Shown here piece by piece: positions 54,165 through 64,000 of a DNA stretch of 64,000 nt (positions are counted from its first letter, which is position 1; each line of letters begins with the position of its first letter). This DNA comes from Candidatus Entotheonellaceae bacterium (GTDB taxonomy: Bacteria > Tectomicrobia > Entotheonellia > Entotheonellales > Entotheonellaceae). A program made the position numbers and the translations under genes. The notes under the pieces were generated by a model. It was given only the letters and a program-made list of their open reading frames with translations, did no database searches and was not told where the DNA came from. The DNA lies in the NCBI GenBank assembly GCA_965238075.1, contig OZ250173.1, forward strand, positions 1,824,001 through 1,888,000. The letters run 5' to 3'.

Positions 54165-55808
54165 TCATCGAGGTACGGCTTGAAAGATCTCCACGACAGC
54201 TTCCTTGAAAGCAAGTTTGTTCTTCTGCATGTCCTCTAAGGTGGACTCGCCGGAGTTGGTTGCGGCGGCGCCGGGGGTCGGAGCGATGTCCGGCTCTGGC
54301 TCTAGTAAAGGTTCGATAGCCACATGAAAGTCCGGTCCGAAAAGCTCCTGGGCGATTTCCCGGATCGTGGCGAGGTTTTCAGGCTCGCTTAATGTCGACA
54401 GATGGAACGCGTCGCGTTCGCGTATGCCAACCGTCAACTTGTTGTCCTGACTGGAAACGACGGTGCCCTGCTCCAGACAACCCGCCAACGAGGGGCGTTT
54501 CCGTGCAACCCGCTCCTGCAACATGGGCCAGGGGTCACCTTCGGATGAAGGCGGCGCCTCGGACGCTGTAGCAACAGTTGATTCCGACGCTGACGATTCA
54601 TGCACCGCGCTCGCAGCCGGCTCGGGGGCGGCTGCAGGGTAGGAGGTCGGCGGCGGCGACGGAGCTTGATCGTCGCCATACTGTTGCAGGTAGTCCAGCA
54701 CCGATTGCAGCGGCTGCACCCGGCCAATGCAAGCCATTCGCACCAGTGCCATTTCGAGAATCAGCATCGGATTGCTAGCATACCGCAGCGACCCTTCCGC
54801 CGTTGACAGCGTGTGAAACTGCCCGTAGATCTCCTCCGGGCTAACCGCGTCCGCAATACGGCGCAACGCCGTCATGTCTGACTCCGACAACGGGATTAAA
54901 CTCTCCGGATGCGGCACCGTCTTGAGCACAATGAGATGGCGCAGCGCCTCCAGCAGCGCCTTCATGATACTGCCGGCCTCATAACCCTCCATCTGTAGCT
55001 GGCCGACGGTATGTAAAGCCATTTCAGCGTCCTGTCTGAACAAGGCGCCCAGACAAGCCACCAACGGTTCGCTGCCCACGTGCCCGAGGAGCTGCCGCAC
55101 GTCGTCATCCTGAATCTCCGTGCCACAGAAGGCAATAACCTGATCGAGTAGACTCTGGCTGTCACGCATGCTGCCCTCAGCGGCTCGCGCAATATGCGCC
55201 AAGCTGGTCGGCGATATGGTGATGCCCTCGCTTTGCGTGATGGAGGCCAGTTGTGCGCAGATACCCGTGAGGGAGACGCGCTTGAACTCGAACCGCTGGC
55301 AGCGGGAGACAATGGTGAGGGGGATTTTTTCCAACTCGGTGGTGGCGAAGACGAACACGACGTGGGGCGGCGGCTCCTCAAGCGTCTTGAGCAGCGCGTT
55401 AAACGCCTCCTTGGTCAACATGTGGACTTCATCAATGATGTAAATCTTGTAGCGCCCGCCGGACGGCAGGTAGCGCAACTGCTCACGCAGGTCACGTATC
55501 TCGTCGATGCCGCGGTTGGAAGCGCCGTCGATTTCAATGATGTCCAGGTAGGAACCTTGCGTGATTTCTTGGCAGGATCGGCAGGTGTTGCACGGTTGAA
55601 CGGTGGGGCCTTGCTCACAATTGAGGGCTTTGGCCAGCAGGCGGGCCATGGTGGTTTTGCCGACGCCGCGGGTACCCGAGAACAGGTAGGCGTGGGCGAC
55701 GCGGTTGAGTTGGATGGCGTTTTTCAGGGTTCGGGTGACGTGTTGCTGCTCGACGACGTCGTCGAATGTTTGGGGGCGCCATCTCCGTGCGGTGACTTGG
55801 TACCCCAT
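54165..55808 (-). CDS. dnaX: DNA polymerase III subunit gamma/tau
   Basis: [39 protein letters not shown]. Confidence 0.97.
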   Translation of the reverse strand: MGYQVTARRWRPQTFDDVVEQQHVTRTLKNAIQLNRVAHAYLFSGTRGVGKTTMARLLAKALNCEQGPTVQPCNTCRSCQEITQGSYLDIIEIDGASNRGIDEIRDLREQLRYLPSGGRYKIYIIDEVHMLTKEAFNALLKTLEEPPPHVVFVFATTELEKIPLTIVSRCQRFEFKRVSLTGICAQLASITQSEGITISPTSLAHIARAAEGSMRDSQSLLDQVIAFCGTEIQDDDVRQLLGHVGSEPLVACLGALFRQDAEMALHTVGQLQMEGYEAGSIMKALLEALRHLIVLKTVPHPESLIPLSESDMTALRRIADAVSPEEIYGQFHTLSTAEGSLRYASNPMLILEMALVRMACIGRVQPLQSVLDYLQQYGDDQAPSPPPTSYPAAAPEPAASAVHESSASESTVATASEAPPSSEGDPWPMLQERVARKRPSLAGCLEQGTVVSSQDNKLTVGIRERDAFHLSTLSEPENLATIREIAQELFGPDFHVAIEPLLEPEPDIAPTPGAAATNSGESTLEDMQKNKLAFKEAVVEIFQAVPR

Positions 55809-55853
55809 AGATATCTCCATCAGCATCGACTGCAGTGGACCGCGATTCCAGAC

Positions 55854-56126
55854 GGCCGTGCACCCAGTCTCGACCTACCGGGACGAAACGCCGCTTCCCA
55901 TAGCGAGCTCAGATCAGGCACTCCTGCGGCCCCCGAGGAAAGCTGCTTACGGCTGCTTCCTTCCGGACCTGACCGGGTTCACAACGCCTCGTGGCACAGG
56001 ACCCAACCTTCAAAGCTGTTTATGGGGCGAACCTTCCGCCCGATGGGGCCTCAACATGAGGAATTCCGTCCCGCTATAGCGGATTGCGGGTTACAGGGCA
56101 CCGCTACCTCCCCACCTAGCACGACC
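55854..56126 (-). ncRNA. ffs: Large (Alu-domain) bacterial SRP RNA
   Basis: 5' GTCGTGCTAGGTGGGGAGGTAGCGGTGCCCTGTA..GCAATCCGCTATAGC Alu motif, helix 8 TCAGGTCCGGAAGGAAGCAGC, 3' GTGCACGGCC pairs with 5' end; upstream of dnaX. Confidence 0.92.
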
Positions 56127-56152
56127 TTTCTTGCGCTCTTCACGCTGGTGAA

Positions 56153-56240
56153 CGGAGAGGGTGGGATTCGAACCCACGGGGCGCTTTTGGCACCCACGCG
56201 CTCTCCAGGCGCGCCGATTCGACCGCTCTCGCACCTCTCC
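56153..56240 (-). tRNA. tRNA-Ser(GGA)
   Basis: Anticodon arm CGCGC-CTGGAGA-GCGCG, long variable arm, GTTCGAATC; CCA not encoded. Confidence 0.95.
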
Positions 56241-56261
56241 TCTTCACTGGCGACAAAAAAG

Positions 56262-56346
56262 CGGAGAGAGAGGGATTTGAACCCCCGGTACCCGTAGGTA
56301 CAGTTGATTTCGAATCAACCGCCTTCAACCGCTCGGCCATCTCTCC
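56262..56346 (-). tRNA. tRNA-Ser(CGA)
   Basis: GTTGA-TTCGAAA-TCAAC, variable arm, GTTCAAATC. Confidence 0.95.
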
Positions 56347-56390
56347 GTGGTTGCTGGTTCCGCGTGTGCATGCGGCGGCAATGCGTTGGG

Positions 56391-56882
56391 CTAAACGCCG
56401 CACCACCGCGCGCTCTGCGAACGCTGTTGCTGACGTAAGTTCCGAAAGAACGCGCTGAGCAAAACGCTACATTCCGCCTCGCAGACGCCGCTAACGACCG
56501 GAAATGTGTGATTGAGTCGTTGGCTACCCAGGATGTCGAATTGCGAGCCGCAGGCACCGGCCTTCGGGTCGTGACAGCCAAACACGAGCCGCGCAATTCG
56601 GCTCAGAATCGCGGCGCCGAGACACATGATACAGGGTTCAAGGGTGACGTACAAGACGGCCCCAGTGAGGTACCAAGTGCCCATTTTCTGGGCTGCCTGG
56701 CGCAGCGCCAACACCTCCGCGTGGGCTGTCGGATCGCCCAGCGCCTGCCGCTGGTTGCAACCCCGGCCGACGATCACGTCATCCACGACGACAACCGCCC
56801 CGACCGGCACGTCCGCGGCATGCAACGCTTTGCGCGCCTCGCCCAACGCCGCTTGCATGAAGTGTTGGTGATCGACTTGCAC
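56391..56882 (-). CDS. tadA: tRNA adenosine(34) deaminase
   Basis: [27 protein letters not shown]; start approximate. Confidence 0.95.
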   Translation of the reverse strand: MQVDHQHFMQAALGEARKALHAADVPVGAVVVVDDVIVGRGCNQRQALGDPTAHAEVLALRQAAQKMGTWYLTGAVLYVTLEPCIMCLGAAILSRIARLVFGCHDPKAGACGSQFDILGSQRLNHTFPVVSGVCEAECSVLLSAFFRNLRQQQRSQSARWCGV

Positions 56883-56909
56883 GGCTGCGGGACTTCCTGA
56901 CGTTCGGGG

Positions 56910-56945
56910 AAAAAAGAAGGGCACCCTTTTTCAGGAGGTGCCCTT
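56910..56945 (-). terminator. Intrinsic terminator after the tRNA trio
   Basis: AAGGGCACC/GGTGCCCTT stem followed on the minus strand by CTTTTTT. Confidence 0.7.
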
Positions 56946-56955
56946 GCGTGGGAAA

Positions 56956-57029
56956 CGCGCCGAAGAGGAGTTGAACCCCCAGCCTCCAGATCCGTAGTCT
57001 GGCGCTCTATCCAATTGAGCTACCGGCGC
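56956..57029 (-). tRNA. tRNA-Arg(ACG)
   Basis: GCGCCGGTAGCTCAATTGGATAGAGC; CCAGA-CTACGGA-TCTGG. Confidence 0.95.
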
Positions 57030-57044
57030 TCAGGAGCAATGTGA

Positions 57045-57134
57045 CGGAGAGGGAGGGATTCGAACCCTCGTAGCACTTTTTAGGCGCTAAATCGCTTAGC
57101 AGGCGATCACCTTCAGCCGCTCGGTCACCTCTCC
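57045..57134 (-). tRNA. tRNA-Ser(GCT)
   Basis: ATCGC-CTGCTAA-GCGAT, long variable arm. Confidence 0.95.
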
Positions 57135-57176
57135 AGGGTATGAACGGATGTGCGCGATTCGACGTGAGTGGAGCCA

Positions 57177-57260
<84 letters not shown>

Positions 57261-57346
57261 CGTGTCCAAGAACATCACGCTTGGTATTCGTTCAGAGCTG
57301 GAGAGAATAGCACGACATCATGGAAACCTTCAAGACATTCCTCTGG

Positions 57347-59920
57347 CTAGGCCGACGCACCGTTGGAGCTTCCCGGAAGCAGCGGGCTGCCCTCGCCCGT
57401 ATCATCCGTCTCATCGATGTCGTCCTCCCCGTCCTCCTCAATGCGTACCGCGCCGACGAGGCGTTGATCGGCTCGCAGATTGATGAGCCGTACGCCCTGT
57501 GTATTGCGACCGGTGGGCCGGATATCGCCGACCGGTAGGCGGACCAGGTTGCCTTGATCGCTCATAACCATGACGTCGTCATCATCGAAAACCTGCAAGA
57601 TACCCATGACAGGCCCGGTTTTGGCCGTGATGCGCAGGTTGATGAGTCCCTTGCCGCCGCGGCTTTGGGTACGGTATTCGGACTCGGTGGTACGTTTGCC
57701 GTAACCACTTTCGGAAACACTCAGAATCGTAGAATCGGGACTGAGGACCTCCATGCCGACGACCTCGTCGTCCTTAGCGAGCCGGAGACCCTTGACGCCG
57801 CGAGCCGTACGCCCGATGGCCCGTGCGTCCGATTCGTTGAAGCGAATGGCCTTGCCCTTTCGGGTGCCGAGGAGAATGTCCTGGTCGCCCTGGGTGACGC
57901 CGACGCGAATGAGTTCGTCGCCGTCGTCGAGGTTCAGAGCGATGATACCGGCTTGCCTGGGGTTGCTGTACGCCTTGAGGGAGGTCTTTTTCACGACGCC
58001 GAACTTGGTGGCCATAATCAGGTAGCGGTCGATCTCGAAGCGCCGGATCGGCACCACCGTGGAAATGCGCTCGTCGGGCTGGAGCTGCAACAGGTTGACC
58101 ACCGCCTTGCCCTTGGCGATTCGGCTGGCTAATGGTAGTTGGTAGACCTTGAGCCAATGGACCTTACCGATGTTGGTAAAGAATAACAAGTAGTCATGCG
58201 TCGAGGCGATGAAAAGTTGCTCGACGAAGTCCTCCTCGCGCGTCTGCATGGCCATCTTGCCTTTGCCGCCGCGGTGCTGGTTCTGGTACAGGTTGACAGG
58301 CTGGCGCTTGATGTAGCCGGTGTGGCTTTTCGTCACCACCATGTCTTCTTCGACGATGAGGTCTTCGAGGTGGATTTCTTCCTCGGCATCGACGATCTCC
58401 GTGCGCCTTGCGTCGCCGTACTGTTCCTTGAGAGCGAGAAGGTCATCTTTGATGATGCCTTGCAGGCGGGCGTCATTGGCCAGGATGTCTTCATAGTCCT
58501 GGATGGTTTCGCGGAGCTCGGTGTGCTCGGTGAGGATCTTGTCGCGCTCCAGCCCGGTCAGGCGCTGGAGACGCAAATCCAGAATGGCCTGCGCCTGAAT
58601 GGCCGAGAGCGTCGGGAGTGCTTCGTCGTCCGCAAAATCTAGGGCTCCTTGTTCAACCGCCTCGGTTTCAAGAAGGCGAAACCTGCCCTCCATAAGTCCC
58701 TGGCGTGCCTCGTCCGGCGAAGCAGCGTTGCGAATAAGCTCGATGACGGCGTCGAGATGATCCAAGGCAATCAAGAGACCAACCAGTACATGCTCACGCT
58801 CACGAGCGCGCTCCAGGTCGTGCTGCGTTCGGCGTATGATGACTTCGCGGCGGTGCTCCAGGAAATAGATCAGCATTTCTTTCAGGGTCAGGACACGCGG
58901 CTCGTTGTCGACCAGCGCCAGCATGATGATGCCAAACGTCGACTGCAGTTGCGTATTGGCATAGAGCTGGTTCAGCACTACTTGGGAAACCGCGTCGCGC
59001 TTGAGATCGATGACAATGCGCATGCCGCGGCGGTCGGATTCGTCGCGCAGGTCCGCAATCCCCTCGATCTTCTTGGCCCGCACCATTTCGGCAATGCGTT
59101 CCAGGAGCCTGGTTTTATTCAACTGATAGGGGATCTCACTGACGATGATACACTCGCGCTCAGTGCGGTCCGACACCTCGACATCACACCGGGCGCGAAG
59201 TTGCAGGAAGCCGCGCCCGGTATGGTAGGCCTCCAGGATGCCTTGCCGGCCATGGATGAAGCCCGCGGTAGGGAAATCCGGCCCAGGGACGCATTCTATC
59301 AACTCGGGCAGCGTGCAGTCCGGGTGCTCGAGAACGAGGACCAGGGCCTCGATGACTTCCGCAAGATTGTGCGGCGGGATGTTCGTTGCCATGCCGACAG
59401 CGATGCCGGCCGAACCGTTGACCAGCAAGTTCGGAATGGCGGAGGGTAAAACGGTCGGTTCTTGCCTCGTCTCGTCGTAGTTGGGGACGTAGTCAACGGT
59501 GCTTTTGTTGATGTCGCGCAGCATTTCCTCGCCGAGGCGGGTCATGCGCGCCTCGGTGTAACGCATCGCGGCGGGCGGATCGCCGTCCACCGAGCCAAAA
59601 TTTCCCTGCCCGTCAATCAGCGGATAACGCAGCGAGAAATTCTGCGCCATGCGTACCAGCGATGGATACACGGCGCCCTCGCCGTGCGGATGGTAGTTGC
59701 CGCTGACGTCGCCGGCGATCTTGGCGCATTTACGGTGTGCGCGGTTGGCCGTCAGGTTCAGGTCTCGCATGGTAGTGAGAATGCGCCGATGCACCGGCTT
59801 GAGGCCATCTCGCACGTCGGGCAGCGCCCGGCTGATGATGACCGACATCGCGTAGTCCATGAAGGACGTGCGGAGTTCGTCGGTAATACTAATCGGCGTA
59901 AAGGTTTCTTGAATGGCCAT
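57347..59920 (-). CDS. gyrA: DNA gyrase subunit A
   Basis: [28 protein letters not shown], GyrA box QHRGGKG. Confidence 0.98.
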   Translation of the reverse strand: MAIQETFTPISITDELRTSFMDYAMSVIISRALPDVRDGLKPVHRRILTTMRDLNLTANRAHRKCAKIAGDVSGNYHPHGEGAVYPSLVRMAQNFSLRYPLIDGQGNFGSVDGDPPAAMRYTEARMTRLGEEMLRDINKSTVDYVPNYDETRQEPTVLPSAIPNLLVNGSAGIAVGMATNIPPHNLAEVIEALVLVLEHPDCTLPELIECVPGPDFPTAGFIHGRQGILEAYHTGRGFLQLRARCDVEVSDRTERECIIVSEIPYQLNKTRLLERIAEMVRAKKIEGIADLRDESDRRGMRIVIDLKRDAVSQVVLNQLYANTQLQSTFGIIMLALVDNEPRVLTLKEMLIYFLEHRREVIIRRTQHDLERAREREHVLVGLLIALDHLDAVIELIRNAASPDEARQGLMEGRFRLLETEAVEQGALDFADDEALPTLSAIQAQAILDLRLQRLTGLERDKILTEHTELRETIQDYEDILANDARLQGIIKDDLLALKEQYGDARRTEIVDAEEEIHLEDLIVEEDMVVTKSHTGYIKRQPVNLYQNQHRGGKGKMAMQTREEDFVEQLFIASTHDYLLFFTNIGKVHWLKVYQLPLASRIAKGKAVVNLLQLQPDERISTVVPIRRFEIDRYLIMATKFGVVKKTSLKAYSNPRQAGIIALNLDDGDELIRVGVTQGDQDILLGTRKGKAIRFNESDARAIGRTARGVKGLRLAKDDEVVGMEVLSPDSTILSVSESGYGKRTTESEYRTQSRGGKGLINLRITAKTGPVMGILQVFDDDDVMVMSDQGNLVRLPVGDIRPTGRNTQGVRLINLRADQRLVGAVRIEEDGEDDIDETDDTGEGSPLLPGSSNGASA

Positions 59921-59931
59921 GTCATCCCTGC

Positions 59932-62376
<2,445 letters not shown>

Positions 62377-63558
62377 CTAGTGGGTGCAGGAAGCAGCGTA
62401 TGGCATGTCGTTCCGGAGGGTCGTCTGGTCATTGAGTCGCTGCACTTGGAAGCGAGCCAGCGAGTTGAGATCATCGAACTGCTCCCGCTCCTCGGTAGCG
62501 GTGATAAAGGTTTGAAAAGCATGGGTCTTCAGAAACGTGAAAATGATCTCGCGGTTACGTGCATCGAGCTCGGAAACAATGTCATCAAGTAGCATGACGG
62601 GTCGATGGCCGCGTTGACGCTGGATACCGAGAGCCAATGCAGCTACCAACAGGAAAACGACGAGCCGTTGCTGACCCTGTGAGGCATAGCCACGCGACTC
62701 CCGGCCGCAAAAATTGATCGCAATGTCATCACGTTGTGGGCCGAAAAGGGTTTGCCCCATAGCCGTTTCGGCATGTTGCAGGCGCTGAGCCTCGGCCAGG
62801 AAATGCTCGCGCAATGGCGCGTCCGTACCATTGGTTGGCAGCAGCCTTTCGGATTGCTGGGTCGAACACTTGGCCAGAATGGCTGGACGGTAATCGAGTG
62901 ACAGGGTGCCGATGTCTGACCCCAAATCCTGCAGGAGTTCGGCCGACAGGATGCTGTTCAATAATTCGGTATGCCGCCAACGCGCCCGCATCAATTGGAT
63001 GGCAGCCGTAATAAACCGCTCGGTCCACGCGGCCAGAAAACCGGTGTCGGTTGACGTACGTAGCAACGAGTTGCGCTGTTTCAGAACATGCTGGAAATCC
63101 TGACTGACTCGTACGAAGCCGGGGTGCAAACTGGCAATCCCCCGGTCGATGAGATACCGCCTTCCCACAGGTCCACCCCGGACAACCTGTAACGTTCCCG
63201 GATGAAAGGCAACAGCAGTGAAACGGCTGGTAAATTCCCTCGTCTCCCTCGTTTCCTTACCATTGAGCCATAGGCGTCGAGTGCCCGCCGACAGTTGCAC
63301 GGCCAGCTCGCTTTGCCGATCGGCGCGCCGATCGGCAACCGTTGCCTTAACGATGCCTTGCGTGGCATCCCAGTTTCGTAGTTCTTCCCGATTGTTGGTG
63401 CGAAATGAGGACAGATTGGCCAAGAAAAAAATGGATTCCAACAGGTTCGTTTTGCCGCTGCCATTGAATCCGGTGATATAGGCACCAGCCGAGGGAAATA
63501 CCAAGTCGATATCATGGTAACTTCGGAAGCGATGAAGTGTCAGCTTCTCAAGTAACAT
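62377..63558 (-). CDS. recF: DNA replication/repair protein RecF
   Basis: FRSY, GFNGSGKTN, GPQRDD, ASQGQQR, LLDDIVSELD. Confidence 0.95.
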   Translation of the reverse strand: MLLEKLTLHRFRSYHDIDLVFPSAGAYITGFNGSGKTNLLESIFFLANLSSFRTNNREELRNWDATQGIVKATVADRRADRQSELAVQLSAGTRRLWLNGKETRETREFTSRFTAVAFHPGTLQVVRGGPVGRRYLIDRGIASLHPGFVRVSQDFQHVLKQRNSLLRTSTDTGFLAAWTERFITAAIQLMRARWRHTELLNSILSAELLQDLGSDIGTLSLDYRPAILAKCSTQQSERLLPTNGTDAPLREHFLAEAQRLQHAETAMGQTLFGPQRDDIAINFCGRESRGYASQGQQRLVVFLLVAALALGIQRQRGHRPVMLLDDIVSELDARNREIIFTFLKTHAFQTFITATEEREQFDDLNSLARFQVQRLNDQTTLRNDMPYAASCTH

Positions 63559-63587
63559 TGCTTTATCCTGTTCGCGAACAAGGACGA

Positions 63588-64000
63588 TCAGACCCGCATT
63601 GGCATGATAACGTAGAAGAACGCATCGCTGCCGGACGGCCGGAGAATAACCGGGTTGACCGCGTCGGTAAGTTCCAGGCATACGTCGTTTTCAGTAGTAA
63701 CGGCCAGTACTTCCATCAAATAGCGGGCGTTAAAACCGATTGTCAGGTTATCGCCTTGATAGTCGGTTGAAATCTGATCGGTCGCCTCACCCATTTCCGG
63801 CGTGTTGGAACACAACGTGAGGTGTTGTGGGTCGAAGTCGATACGCACCGGCCGAGTTTTTTCGTTGGACAGGAGTGAAACGCGTCGCAGGGCTCGTAGC
63901 AGGCCCTCGTGGGCAACGGTTGCGGTAGCCTTGTGCTCTTTCGGAATAACACCCTGATAATCCGGGAACTGGCCTTCGATGAGGCGGGTCACCAGAGTGG
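63588..64000 (-). CDS. dnaN: DNA polymerase III beta clamp (C-terminal part; start outside window)
   Basis: RLIEGQFPDY, IGFNARYL, VIMPMR. Confidence 0.96.
   Translation of the reverse strand, partial: TLVTRLIEGQFPDYQGVIPKEHKATATVAHEGLLRALRRVSLLSNEKTRPVRIDFDPQHLTLCSNTPEMGEATDQISTDYQGDNLTIGFNARYLMEVLAVTTENDVCLELTDAVNPVILRPSGSDAFFYVIMPMRV

Noticed and set aside
54165-55808. Programmed frameshift in dnaX
   Set aside because: No A-AAA-AAG or long A-run slippery site noticed

Overview
GC-rich bacterial chromosomal segment. Gyrase, LexA and the tRNA/SRP layout look like a diderm 'delta-like' lineage, but this is inference from motifs only. The left part (1-35 kb) mixes housekeeping and accessory genes: a Bat/MoxR operon, rluD-lspA-trpS, an Aeromonas-ASP-like S8 protease with a probable separately encoded chaperone, class I fumarase, nucleoside hydrolase, PLP decarboxylase, DacB, a sigma-70 paralog, SDR/MDR/LLM oxidoreductases, amidase and pheST. 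It also holds several REP/MITE-like repeats and decayed toxin-antitoxin and restriction-modification scraps. At 35.1-35.7 kb an AT-richer, origin-like gap contains DnaA boxes and a cluster of 8 CATG sites. It precedes an unusual 17.5-kb co-directional cluster: dnaA-minC-minD-minE-lexA-radA-recA-mraZ-like-nurA-HAS barrel-herA-sbcD-sbcC-cobA-polX, in which PolX appears dead in both catalytic domains. This cluster converges on dnaN-recF-gyrB-gyrA, four tRNA-Ser plus tRNA-Arg(ACG), tadA, a large Alu-type SRP RNA and dnaX-ybaB-recR. dnaA is therefore separated from dnaN by about 27 kb and faces it head-on. No CRISPR array, rRNA or intact transposase was seen. Start codons were chosen by eye.
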